Below are positions 43,565 through 56,878 of a DNA stretch of 62,198 nucleotides, in pieces. The DNA comes from Octopus sinensis (taxonomy: Eukaryota), in contig NW_021832233.1 of assembly GCF_006345805.1 (NCBI RefSeq), positions 1 through 62,198 on the forward strand, in the 5' to 3' direction. Within the stretch, counting starts at the first letter, position 1. The number at the start of each line of letters is the position of its first letter. Both the position numbers and the translations under genes were made by a program. The notes under the pieces were generated by a model. The model worked only from the letters and a program-made list of their open reading frames with translations. It made no database searches and was not told the DNA's origin.

Positions 43565-44154
43565 TTTTTTTATTGCCCACAAGGGGCTAAACAGAGATGG
43601 GACATAGAAGGACAGACAAAGAGGTTAAGTCGATTTCATTGACCCGAGTGCGTAACTGGTACTTAAGACGAAATACCGCGAAGCATTTCGCCCGGCGTGC
43701 TAACGACTCTGCCAGCTCGCCGCCTGATATTAATACACTTGTCAATGTTCACATACATTCACATACGTGCCTTGTACATGCACACACATACATATACGCA
43801 CACAGGGGACCAGTCGATTAGATTGACCCCTGGACTCAACTGGTACTTAATTTATTGAACCCAAAAGGATAAGAGGCAAAGTCGACCTCGCCGTAATTTG
43901 AATTCAGAACGGTCGAAATACCTATTTATTTACTACCCACAAGGGGCTAAATACAGAGAGGACAAACAAGGACAACAAACGGATTAAGTCGATTATATCG
44001 ACCCCAGTGCGTAACTGGTACTTAGTTAATCGACCCCGAAAGGATGAAATGCAGAGTCGACCTCGGCGGAATTTGAACTCAGAACCTTACGGCAGAGGAA
44101 ACACCGCTAAGATTGTCGCCTGGCGTGCTAACGCTTCTGCCAAGTCAACGCCTT
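43565..44154 (-). mobile_element. Family-1 SINE cluster (one internally deleted copy plus a dimer)
   Basis: 43565-43725, 43800-43922 and 43923-44154; dimer junction gtagtaaataaata|ggtatttcg on the minus strand. Confidence 0.88.
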
Positions 44155-44523
44155 CGATGTTTTAACAATAATAACAACAACATCAACATCGCCAACAAGA
44201 TAATAATAAAATTATCAGTAACAACTACGTTAGCTACATGTACGGCAAAGAAAAAGAAAGGCATCAACAACAACAACTGCAACATTAACCACAACAACAC
44301 CAACAACGATAGCTGCATTAACTATGGCGAATCATCATCGTTGGCTGAGTATTTATATGCGAGGGTGTGTTTATAGAGTGTCAACAATCCATTCGAATGC
44401 GTTAGTCTAAGAAGAAAACCAGCAAATATCTTAAGTGCTTAATTGTTTTCAAGATGTCAAAAACGGTAAACCTAGCCTTGGAAATTCTTGAAAATTTTAC
44501 TTTTATTATTATCATTATTACTC

Positions 44524-44604
<81 letters not shown>

Positions 44605-44899
44605 TATTATTATTATTATTATCGTTGTTATTGTAGTTGTTGTTGTTGTTGTTATTATTATTTGTTTGTTTGCTTGTTTATTTGAAAGGTATTTTTGTTT
44701 ATATTTTGCGTATATCTTTTATATATTGTTTTCAGATTTAGTTAAATGTAATTTTTTTACGTTATATATACACATATACATACGTACATTTTATACATAT
44801 GCAAACACACTTACATATATATATATATATATATATATACATACACAAACACATACACACGCACTCACACACACATATATATCAATACATACATACATG

Positions 44900-44994
<95 letters not shown>

Positions 44995-45395
44995 GATTCT
45001 GAATGTCTATTTTTTGTGTCTAATGTTTATTATTTTTCATTTTTAGTTTCTTCAGCACAATATAATTGATTTAAATGTAAATAGTTGGATATATAAATTG
45101 AGAGAGAAAAACAAAAAAGTCAATAAAATTAAAAGAAAAGTATAACTAAAATAATAATAAAAAAAAGAAACAACAATTCTGAGAAGGAAATCAACGATAG
45201 GACGATGGTGACAAGGGGAAGCCTGAGATGGGGCGGGAGGAGGATGGGGAAGAAGATGGCGATAAAGATGACGATGATGTAATGAATGGATGAATGAAAA
45301 ATATAAGAGAATGATGAAGAACTTAAGAAAAATTTACAAAAAATATACAAATACAAATAGAATAACGACAATCAGCAAAATAGATACAAGTCTTA

Positions 45396-45431
<36 letters not shown>

Positions 45432-45755
45432 GCGTATGTGCAATACCACGTATAGACACACACTCACATACATACATGAAAACATGCATACATACATACA
45501 TACATACATACATACATACATACATACATACATACATACATGCACACATAGATACATGCATGCATGTATACACACATACACGCACACATAGAGATACGTA
45601 TATGTGTGTGCGTATGTGTATGTTTGTATGGGTCTATATACATGAAGAATACTCACACACACGCACATATACATTGAACGTATTTGCATGAACGCGAACA
45701 TGAGGATGATGATGATGGAAAAGAAGCAGTAGTAGTAGTGGTGGTGGTGGTAGTG

Positions 45756-45795
<40 letters not shown>

Positions 45796-46514
45796 AAGAA
45801 GAAGAAGGAGGGCGGACAAGAAGAAGAAGAAGAAGAAAATAAAATGAGGAGGAGGATTAAGAAGTAGGCGAAGAAATAGACGAAAAAAGACGAACAAGAA
45901 GAAGGAAACGTAAGAGAAGAATGCATGAATGAATGAATGAATGAATGAGAGCAGTATTGAATGAGGAAGAAAGATGAAGAACGTCGCCAGTCAAGGAAAT
46001 GTAATAAAGTCTAAGAAGTATGATAGACATAAAAAAAAGTTAAAAAGAAGGAATTAAAGAAGAAAGCAAAGAATGAATGACTGAAAGGTGAGAAGAAAAG
46101 AAGAAGTCAAGAATGAGGTGTATCTTCTATAATTTAATTTGTGTTCGTACAATGGTTTAATGGATACACGATTGTGAAGCTTCGACAAAAGAAAATTGAA
46201 AATCGAATAAAAAGGAACCGTCAAATAAACACAAGCAAGACGCCATATTTATATATATATATATATATACACATACATGCATACATACATACATGCATAC
46301 ATACCTACATACTTACATGCATACACACATATATACATATATTATATATATATATAATATATATAATATATTATATATATATATGTATATATATATATAC
46401 ACACATACATACGTACATACATATATATACAAAGATATATAATATATATATATATTTCCGTATATATATATATTGTATTTATACATGTGTGTGAGAATAT
46501 ATATATATGTATAT

Positions 46515-46566
<52 letters not shown>

Positions 46567-46714
46567 CATATATATATATGTATATACATATATACATGCA
46601 TATACATATACATATATGTGTATTTTCCTGTATATGTACATATATGACATACACACACACGTTCTTAAAAATTTGTATACGTATGTTTGTACATATGTAC
46701 ATGTATTATGTATA

Positions 46715-46790
<76 letters not shown>

Positions 46791-47361
46791 GTATGTACAT
46801 GCATGTGTGCATGCGTGTCTGCATTTGTCTTTGTGTGTGCGCGCGCATCTCAGACATTGCGCTTGTGCGCGTGTGTAAATTAAGTGCTGCATTGCTTAAA
46901 ACATCGAAATAAGAATTTCAATAAAGAACACGAAATCGTGAAAAACTAACAAGAAACAAGAAATTAAAACGATAATTAAAAAGGTGTGTATGAATGTTAT
47001 TGTGTTATAATTTACTTAACCCTTCGCCTCAATTTGTTCTAGCTCACTAATCCTCGATGCATAGGACGTCGCCGTTCGTATGTTGTTTTTGTGTTGTGTA
47101 AGTTTGTCCTGAATTGCTACGCTTTGATTTGATTTGATTCTCCGATTGTTTATTATTTTTTTCTCTCATTTTATTTTTCTTCAATTTATTAATTACATAT
47201 GCAATACATTCCTTTTCGTGTAATTATGAATGACTCACTGTCTACCACTTTTCGACCGTAAGTCTAAATCGATCTTAAACCCGAAACTATAATCTAAATG
47301 TAAACACAGAGATGCCATTGAACATTTATCTGTAATGTTGCTGTTGTCATTGCTGTCTTGC

Positions 47362-47395
<34 letters not shown>

Positions 47396-47590
47396 GGTGG
47401 TGGTGGTCGGCACTAATACAGGCCGGCCCTAATACAGCAGATTTGCTATAACGCGGATGTCAATTGACAACCCCCTCTTTACTCCCATACTACTTCTAAA
47501 GTTTCATTATGTAGCGTTACTTCCTGTGTATATATCAATGATGAAGTCTGCTATGAGAGAGATTTGGCTGCTACTTCTCACTAGAAAATA

Positions 47591-48827
47591 TTAGGTTGGA
47601 AACTATGCTTCCACCGCTTTTTAAATTTAAATTTTTTTAAAGGTTTAATAAAAAATAATTAATTAATCAATGATGTATCCACTCTTGTTGTTTACAACTT
47701 CTTCCCAACTTTCAACAAGATTTTCTACCTCGTTGGTAGAAATCACCCGATTTCAACTCGAAAAATTGATCCAACCAAGCTCTCAATTCTGCATCAGCAT
47801 TGAACGAAACTCCGCGCATAGCATTTGAAAGAGATCGAAAGAGGTGGAAATCCGTTGGTGCCAAATCAGGAGATTATGGTGGGTGTGACAGCACTTCCCA
47901 GCCATGCGTTTCAATGGCTTCCTTTAGTCATATTGGCGATATGAGGGTGGGCATTGTCGTGCAGCAGGAGAACTCCATGCTGCCGATGAGGTCTTTTCAC
48001 TTGAATAGCCGTGTTGAGTAGTTCCATTAGTTGAACATAGAGTTCCGCGTTGAACTTTTGGTTCCGTTTAAGCATTTCATAATGGATAATCCCTTCCCAG
48101 TCCCACCATACACAAAACATCGATTTACGCGGATGAAGATTTTGTTTCACGCGCCGTGTCGTTTGTTTACCGGGGCTAAGCCATTCCTTACGCTGCTTCA
48201 TATTGATGTACAGGCACCATTTCTCGTCGCCAGTAACGATTCGGTAAAGAAATCGTTGCTTGTGTCCATGAGTTGAGCGGTGACGAACAAGCAAACCAGC
48301 AGAGATTGTGGCTCGTTGATTTTTGTTGTTGTCACATAAAACATGCGGAAGCCATGATCCATACTTCTGAACCATTCCCATCGAATGGAAATGCTTCTCT
48401 ATTTGTCGTTTAACGAGAATTTACGTGCAAAAGTTGGTTTAATCGCTCTTCATCGAACTCAACTGGACGGCCAGAACGAGATGCGTCTTTGAGTTCAAAA
48501 TTTCTATTTTTGATCTTGGCATACCAATCACGAGCAGTTCTTTCAGATATGGCACCGTCTCCATACACAGCACAAATGTCGCGAGCAGCTTTTGCGTACT
48601 TAGAATCTTGAATAAAAGCAAAAAGGTGTCGAAAATGCTCGTTTTTCTTAACTTGACATTCCATTTTAATGATCTGAAAATAAACAAGGTAAAATTAACT
48701 TGAAAAAACAAAATAGATTCCAAAATGATTCAAAAATAGAATTCTTGTAAAAAATAGATTCCAAAATTTACAAACGCAATAAATTCCAAAGTTTAAAAAA
48801 ACGGCGGGAACTTAGATGCCAACCCAA
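47591..48827 (-). mobile_element. Near full-length DD34D mariner (mellifera-subfamily-like TIRs), dead
   Basis: TA on both sides; imperfect TIRs TTGGGTTGGCATCTAAGTTCC / TTAGGTTGGAAACTATGCTTCC; MECQVKKNEHFRHL..SRSGRP, WLPHVL, TGDEKW, LHDNAHPH, HPP*SPDLAPTD; 34-residue spacing once one frameshift is repaired. Confidence 0.95.
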
Positions 48828-48839
48828 TAGAATATATAT

Positions 48840-49185
48840 ATTCTTTTCTACTCTAGGCACAAGGTCTGAAATTTTTTTGGGAGGGAGGTGGGGAGGACAA
48901 TCGATTAGATCGACTCCAGTACACAACTAGTACTTAATTTATCTACCCCGAAAGGATGAAATACAAAGTTGAACTCGGCGGAATTTGGACTCAGAACAAG
49001 AAGACAGACGAATATACAGAATATACTTTCTTTCTGCTTAGGCTCAAGGCTCGAAATTTGGTGGGGAGGGGCCAGTCGTTTATATCGACCCCAGTACGCA
49101 ACTGGTACTTAATTTATCGAACCCGAAACGATGAAATGCAATGTCAACTTCGGTGGAATTTGAATGTAAAGACAGATGAATATAG
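48840..49185 (-). mobile_element. Family-1 SINE dimer
   Basis: Two cores with ttttctactctaggc-type tails. Confidence 0.85.
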
Positions 49186-49339
49186 AGAAAATATATATTG
49201 ATATTCTGACGATGCCGCATGAATTTTAAGGGCTAATACAACATTTTAAGGGCGCGCTTTTATTTCCGTGTGGAAGATGTTAAAAATATAAGACACAAAT
49301 CATACACGGGGCGAAATCTTTTGCTATCATACTTCCATC

Positions 49340-49715
49340 TTTCAGCGTTTGTCTTTACTTGATTCAGTCATCATACAGCGGCCACGCTGGAGCACTGCTT
49401 TGAAGAATTCTTTGTCAAAATAATTGACCCCGGTACATATTCTTTTTTTCTTAAAGCCGGTACATATTCTGTTGGCTTCTTTTGCTGAACTGCCAAGCTA
49501 TGGGGACGTAAACACATCAACACCGGTTGTCAAGCGGTGATAGGGGACAAACACAGACACAGAGACACGCATGCACACATGTATGTTTCAGTTTTTCGCA
49601 TCCACTCTCACTGCTTTGTCGGTCCGAGGTTGAGGAGACGACACTTGTTCAAGATGCCACGCAGAAACATGTGGTTGGGAATCAAATATGGGAATCGACT
49701 AACTTTTCTCAACAG
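49340..49715 (-). mobile_element. Family-2 SINE
   Basis: ttgattcagtcat..gccacgctggagcactgc..ggggacgtaaacacatcaacaccggttgtcaagcg..caagatgccacgcag. Confidence 0.82.
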
Positions 49716-49799
49716 TTAGTCTCATTACGGCAATGTAAATTAAAAATCTTTTGCCAGACAATTTTTTAAAAAGGATTAACCAAAGTAATAAAAACTGCA

Positions 49800-50040
49800 A
49801 CCCTTCAGAGCATACACCTAACCTTTTTTAAGATCCTAGTCCAGCAGAAGAGTAAATCCTACCAGCCGGCTATTGCCGGTAATGGTTTTAGCGGTCAATT
49901 CTGTCCAAGACATTGTAGGTCTTTAGCTGGGCTAAAAAGTCACATTCGATCACAGCACCAATAACATTTAAGATTCATGCAATGGCCTTACTCGTTAACG
50001 AAGGGGCAGCCATCATGTATGTATGTATGTATGCATGCGT
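49800..50040 (+). mobile_element. RTE-like LINE 3' end with one C2H2 finger and a (TATG)n tail
   Basis: FS(G)QFCPRHCRSLAGLKSHIRSQHQ*, then a short UTR ..cgaaggggcagccatc(atgt)n. Confidence 0.65.
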
Positions 50041-50058
50041 ATATGTATGTATCTATAT

Positions 50059-50739
50059 GTTGTGCGCATGAATGAGGAAGGACTCCCAAAACAACTGTTT
50101 TATAGTCAATTGCACACTGGGAAATGCCCCCAGCACAGACCAAGAAAAAGATATAAAGTTTGCATAAAAAACAACCTGAAAGATTTTCAGCTTGAGGCTC
50201 AGGACTGGGAAGTGGTTGCTTTAAAGTGATTTAAATGGAGAAGATACGCGAAGGAAGGCTGCAGAATGTTTAAAAAGAGACGTCTTGATTATGAAAAATT
50301 TAAACGCCAGTATCGAAAAGCCCGCATCAGGAACATCAATAAGAACAGAGTGAGCTGCATTTGTGAGGTGTGTGTTCGTTCAATGCTCTCTAAATCTGGG
50401 TACATCACTCATTTAAAATCACATAAAAAAGCCAATTGTTTGCAGCTCTATTCATCCAATGCTAGGTGAGATAACTTGAGAGGTGTGCAAAAAGATCTGC
50501 AAATCAATACCTGGTCTTAAAAGGCATATGAGGGTACATAAGGATGACATCCCACAAACTGATCCAATAAATCCAATACAGGGCACATCTTTTATCTGTC
50601 ACGTTTCCTGCAGACCGTTGCAAATCTAATGCTTGACTTAAAAACCACGTAAGGGGTCATGGACGGACGTTTGGAGCTGATGATGTTTGATGGAGATACA
50701 TGGGGAGACGGCAATCACCTGCAAAGTGGAAGTAATCGC

Positions 50740-50745
<6 letters not shown>
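50059..50745 (+). mobile_element. RTE-like LINE 3' fragment with three C-terminal C2H2 fingers
   Basis: VVRMNEEGLPKQLFYSQLHTGKCPQHRPRKRYKVCIKNNLK..W (RTE post-RT region), then CEVC-x12-HLKSH, (*)EVC-x12-HMRVH and CHV(S)-x12-HVRGH across frameshifts and stops. Confidence 0.8.
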
Positions 50746-50775
<30 letters not shown>

Positions 50776-50924
50776 CATGCATATACATATGTATATAAAT
50801 GTGTGCATGTTTGTATATATATGTAATATTTGTGTGTATATATATATATATGTGTGTGTGTGTATATATATATATGTATATATATATGTGTGTATGTATA
50901 TATATGTATATATATATGTATGTG

Positions 50925-50955
<31 letters not shown>

Positions 50956-52325
50956 ATATAAATATATATATATATGTATGTATATACACATACTATATAC
51001 ATGTGCATGCATGCGTGTGTATGTATTTACATATGAAGCCATTTTTATGAGTGTATGTGTTTGCAAATTTACATCAACCCATAAGCACAATATACACACC
51101 GGAAAATATGTCTACACTTACGCACGTGCATATGTGGTATATGTGCTCACAAACACATAATTTTACGAATAACTAAAAAACATTTCAAATAACAAAATGA
51201 ATGCATAATGTTCCTATTTATAAGTAGCAACGGTTGCCCTTCCATACATACAATCATTTAAACTTACATGTTAGTGTCGCAAGCACCTACGCACACATAC
51301 GCACGCAGGCACGCGCTTCCATACATTTACACAGAGATTTAAACGCATACACGGACATAGTGTGCCACAACCATGCGTGTACACACTTAGATCTTGTCCC
51401 ACATGACTTACTTTCATGTTTCATAATCTGACCCATTCAATCTCCATCTCTAACAGCCCCTATCACCCCGCCATTGTCCGTTACCCCTTGCCACTAGCAC
51501 CACCACCGCTACCATCACTACCATTACTTCCCCCACCTTAACACTCCCTCTAATCAAACCAATTCAATCCCAAAAACCTCTTCCCTCCTCATCACTCTTC
51601 CTTGTTGCTCATACTTCAAAATTCGATAATCAAGTATTAATGAAGTAACGGAAGCCAGTTAAATCCAATAATCGATATGACCTCTGACCCAGCTTCAGAT
51701 ATTGACCTTCTGGAACAAACGAGAGATCAATGGAAGTTTCGACACAGGTCTGGTCCCTCAACTCACAAGACGAATGTTTGTCAAGGTGAAGGTCACTTTT
51801 GTGGAATTCTGATAAATTTTCTTGTCTGTCTGTTTATTCCACTTCTTGCTTCTCTCAAAATGATTGCAATTTCTGATACGGTGATTCTGGTTTTCAGAAG
51901 TTCTTCAGAAGACTCCACCCGACGCTGCCACCGCCTGCTGCAACGCACACCAACTCGCCATAACTACCGCTGAACACACACACATGTTTCACCATCACAT
52001 ACACACACCATCTCACTATCACTACCGATACATAAACACACCGCTTCACCGACACTAACACCGCATATACACACCATCTTACCGCTACCATCACCGCACA
52101 CACACACCACCACGTTCCTACAGCATGAAAGATGGACGAAACCACATTACCTCACGCCCACGCCAACACACCATTCGGCTACCGCACAAGCAAGCACATT
52201 ATTAAAGCACAACAAAGCCATACAAGAACCATTGCCACGCTTCTAGGACACAACAGTATGGTACCAAACCACCATACTACTTATGCTGCCTCCACAGTAT
52301 AATCACACCGATGTTTCACCACACT

Positions 52326-53550
52326 AAGGCGGCGAACTGGTAGAATCATGAGCACGCCGGGCGAAATGCTTAACACTATTTCGTCTGACTTTGCGTTCTG
52401 AGTTCAAATTCTGCCAAGATCGACTTTGCCTTTCATCCTTTCGGGGTCGATAAATTAAGTACCAGTTGCGTATTGGGGTAGATATAATCGACTGGACCCC
52501 TCACCAGAAATTTCGGGTCTTGCGATTAGAGCAGAAGAGAATATTAAGGTGGCGGGCTGGCAGAATCGTTAGCACGCCGGGCGAAATGCTTAACACTATT
52601 TCGTCTGACTTTGCGTTCTGAGTTCAAATTCTGCCAAGATCGACTTTGCCTTTCATCCTTTCGGGGTCGATAAATTAAGTACCAGTTGCGTATTGGGGTA
52701 GATATAATCGACTGGACCCCTCACCAGAAATTTCGGGTCTTGCGATTAGAGCAGAAAAGAATATTAAGGTGGCGGGCTGGCAGAATCGTTAGCACGCCGG
52801 GCGAAATGCTTAACGTTATTTCGTCTGTCTTTAATTTTAGAGTTCAAATTTCGCCGAGTTCGGTTTTCCCTTTCATCCTTTCAGGATCGATAAATTAAGT
52901 ACCAGTTGCGTACTGGGGTCGATCTAATCGAATTGCCCCTCCCCCAAAATTTCAGGCCTCGTGCATATAGCAGAATTAAGAATCGTTAGCACACTGGACG
53001 AAATACTTAGTGGTATTTAGCCATCGTTACGTTCTGAGTTCAAATTCCTCTGGGGTCGACTTTGCCTTTCATCCTTTCGGGGTCGATAAATTAAGTATCA
53101 GTTGCGTACTGGGGTCGATCTAATCGAATTGCCCTCTCCTCCAAAATTTCAGGCCTTGTGCATTAAGTACCAGTTGCGTATTTAATCGACTTCACTCCTC
53201 CCACAGTATTTGGGGCTTTGTGCCTCCAAAAAACGGATTATTAAAGCATAACAAAGCCATCCAGCAACAACTGCTGCACTGCTAGGTCATAACAGTAGGA
53301 TAACATACTACTTATGCTACCATTGCAGTTATAGCCACATCAATGGTTCACAACACTAAGGCGGTGAACTGGCAGAAACAAAATGCTTAGCGGTGTTTCT
53401 TCCGATCTCATGTTTTGTGTTCAAATGCCGCCGAGGTCGACTTTGCTTTTCATCCCTTTCCGAGTAGATAAAATAAATACCAGCTGAGTACTGGTGTTGC
53501 GTGATCGACTAACTCCCTCTCCTGAAATTGCTGGCCTTGTGTAAAAATTT
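52326..53550 (+). mobile_element. Tandem family-1 SINE array (about 5-6 units)
   Basis: Heads at 52326, 52546, 52766, ~52975 (truncated) and 53356; 220-bp period in the first three. Confidence 0.9.
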
Positions 53551-54449
53551 GAAACGAACGTTATACCTCACTTGCAGCAACATCACGGTATTTCTACTCC
53601 ATCTCATTCACACACCAGAATATTACTCAACGCCGCCACGCCAGTACAACTCTTCAGCGTCACATTTTATACTAACACACCGACACACCGATACGTCACC
53701 ATACTTGTACACCACTGCACTGTTAGCTCAGCAACGTATTACCACACTGGCATATCCTCGTATCTCTACAGCAAAATATTGGTACACTACTATATTATTA
53801 TGCGCTACTAACTGCTCAGAATTACAACAGCCCTGTAGCATAATATCACACAATTATTCCACCGTATGTACATACCACTCTATGTTTTACTGCGTCACTA
53901 GCTCAAAATTGCCCAAGCACACTGTCTTATCCCCAGAAGAATGGCACGAAACCAGCTTGAAGTAAATCAAAACCTCTCCATAGCATCATACAATGCAGCC
54001 ACATAAAAACAGTATCCTCTAACTGCCATACTGCGAAAAAGCCGCTGGTCGGTTATATTTATATACATCCATATCTACACAACATACCATCAGTAACACT
54101 ATTTACATAGCATCTAAAACCTGAACATACCCAAAGAGACAACCAGTCCATACACATCATCATATTAAAGCGACTGCATATGTACCGGCAAAAGGACCTT
54201 TCACAACGAAGAGAAAGTATTTCTATACGACCCTATGATGACTTTCTATGGGAGACAATGAGAAGAGCTCTATATAAAACAAAGTAAGTTCCCTAAAGCG
54301 AGCCAATAAGAAAGGTTGTTCTATCGGTCCATCGAGTGACCATCTACCATTTACTCGATATGGTAAAAATAACAGCTAAATATCACACACCACACCGCAC
54401 AAGAAAAAGAGAAGATGCCTTACTTAATTGTCGTTTTAAATTTTGGTGC

Positions 54450-54646
54450 AAGTCCAGCAATTTCGGGCGAGGCTTTCGGTCGATTATATCAACCCCCAGC
54501 ACTCAGCTGGTGCTTATTTTATTGACATTGAAAGAATAAATGGCAATGTTAATCTTGGTGGAATTTGAACTCAGAATGTGAAGACAGACGAAATGCCGCT
54601 AAGCATTTTTCCCGGCGTGCTAACCACTCTGCCAGTCTGCCGCATT
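54450..54646 (-). mobile_element. Family-1 SINE
   Basis: Head, B box and core visible on the minus strand. Confidence 0.85.
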
Positions 54647-55093
54647 AATTCTTTATCGTTTTCTTTGTTTAGACCGGGCAAACACTAACCGGAAATTTGA
54701 TGAAAGACTTTCCCACATGACTATCTCAGCTGTTTTTGAATATCTGGTATACAATACACAGGCTGTCTAATGCAACCGTCTCTCTCTAAAATTGATGCGT
54801 ATAACTTAAGGGAAGTTTGGCTGTCGCACAAAGACAAAATGGAAAACATCAAAGAGAGGATACCATATCATCTCAGTTGTTGATACTGGTTTTCTTAAAA
54901 CCTTCATTGATGTTTGAATCAAGGTCGATCTTATTACGGAAGACCTGTAATAATAAAGAGAAAAAACAAAAACGTTTCAGCAGAGCCAATACCCTCCTCT
55001 GTTTTGTATATCTAGAACTATATGACATATCCAACATGCCATTCCCTTTTTGAACACGCTAGGTTTTTTTCATATTCGCTGCTGCTGCTGCTG

Positions 55094-55138
<45 letters not shown>

Positions 55139-55197
55139 ACTGCTGCTGCTGCTGCTCACTACTACTACTACTACTGCTACTACTACTACTACTACTG

Positions 55198-55230
<33 letters not shown>

Positions 55231-55263
55231 AACTAGCAGCCACTTTTGCTATTATTATTATTA

Positions 55264-55319
<56 letters not shown>

Positions 55320-55394
55320 TAAGTGCGCGCTAATTTAGTTTGCGAGTATTTTCTCTGGAGACTTGGAGACAACAAATTTGTTTAAAATCTCAAA

Positions 55395-55780
55395 AAAATC
55401 TGTCTCTGCATTCTTGCAAATTACAGGAGGCCGTTTTTCTGCAGGTCGACAATATGAGTTTGAATTCCAATTTCTTTCTGTATTTTAGGTAGCATCTTGA
55501 GCGCCGTGCTATGAGCACCAATTATTACAAGGAATAATTGTTTTCTTGGTCTTGCACAGTCTCACCAGTTCCAAGGCTAGATTTTGATATTTCACTATTT
55601 TCCTCGATGTCTTTGATATTGACTCTGATATTATAAGGAACTGGAAAATCAATGATATTTCACTGTTTATTTCATTCTTCTATAACCATATGTGGTCTCT
55701 TAGCCTTAATAGCAAGGTCAGCCTTTATGGTCAGTCTTTAAGTCCTACAAGATCTTGTAATTCTCTGGTTCGCTTTCATA
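55395..55780 (-). mobile_element. R4/Dong-like RLE C-terminal fragment between (ATT)n tracts
   Basis: PENYKIL*D..AKRPHMVIEE..IIDFPVPYNIRV..KYQNLALELVRL..VIIGA..DLQKNGLL. Confidence 0.78.
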
Positions 55781-55850
55781 TCACTTTTCTTTTGCTTTAA
55801 GTCACGTACTTGACTATGATTGTTATTATTTTTATCATTATTATTATTAC

Positions 55851-55905
<55 letters not shown>

Positions 55906-56267
55906 GTTATTGTTATTGTTATTATTATTATTTTATTTTTTTAAAGATTGACGTAACTCTTCCCAAAGGTAAACAGTCAAGACGAATAGCGCGATTCGAT
56001 TGTAAGATATTTCATTAGTGATATTTTAACAGTATGTCTGTCTTTGTCAAGTTCAAAATAAGAAGTGATAAAAATTCAAAATTATGGAAATTTAAACGTA
56101 AAGTATGAACGAGAGCAACTAGCGTCCATACGTTGATGGAATGACATCATCAGATCTTAAGTTACAATTGTATAACAGGCGAAAAGAAAAAAAAAACAGA
56201 AAAAAGAAGACGACAGAAAAAAGGAAAGAAAAATTATCATTATTATTATTATTATTATTATTATTAA

Positions 56268-56311
<44 letters not shown>

Positions 56312-56312
<1 letters not shown>

Positions 56313-56678
56313 GTGAAGGCGCATGGCTCAGTGGTTAGAGCGTCGGGCTCACAATCATAAGGTAGTGAGTTCGATTCCCGGACCGGGCTGTGTGTTGTAT
56401 TCTTGAGCCAGACATAGTATTTCACGTTGTTCCTGTTCACTCAGCTGTAGAAATGAGTTGCGACGTCACTGGTGCCACGCTCTATCGGCCCGTTTGCCTT
56501 TCCCTTGGATAGCATCAGTTGTGTGGCGAGGGGAGGCTGGTATGCATGGGCAACTGCTGGTCTTCCATAAACAGACTTGCCCGGACTTGTGCCTCGGAGG
56601 GTAACTTTCTAGGTGCAATCCCATGGTCATTCATGAACGAAGGGGGTCTCCTCCTATTATTATTATAATTGTTGTTGA

Positions 56679-56724
<46 letters not shown>

Positions 56725-56830
56725 GTAATAGTTGTTATTACTATTATAAACAGATTGCCCAGACTTGTGCCTCGGAGGGTAACTTTCTAGGTGCAATCCC
56801 ATGGTCATTCATGACCGAAGGGGGTTTCCT
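56312..56830 (+). mobile_element. tRNA-derived SINE family 4 with a tandemly duplicated 3' tail
   Basis: Head gaaggcgcatggctcagtggttagagcg..gagttcgattcc; tail cttgtgcctcggagggtaactttctaggtgcaatcccatggtcattcatga at ~56585 and again at ~56763. Confidence 0.88.
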
Positions 56831-56846
56831 TCTATTATTATTATTA

Positions 56847-56878
<32 letters not shown>

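Noticed and set aside
53528-53965. 145-aa ORF in CA-rich sequence
   Set aside because: Degenerate low-complexity CAC/TAC sequence depleted of stops.
56312-56385. tRNA-like heads (also 11590-11660, 57885, 59746)
   Set aside because: A and B boxes are present, but there is no closing acceptor or anticodon stem and they run into SINE bodies; not tRNA genes.
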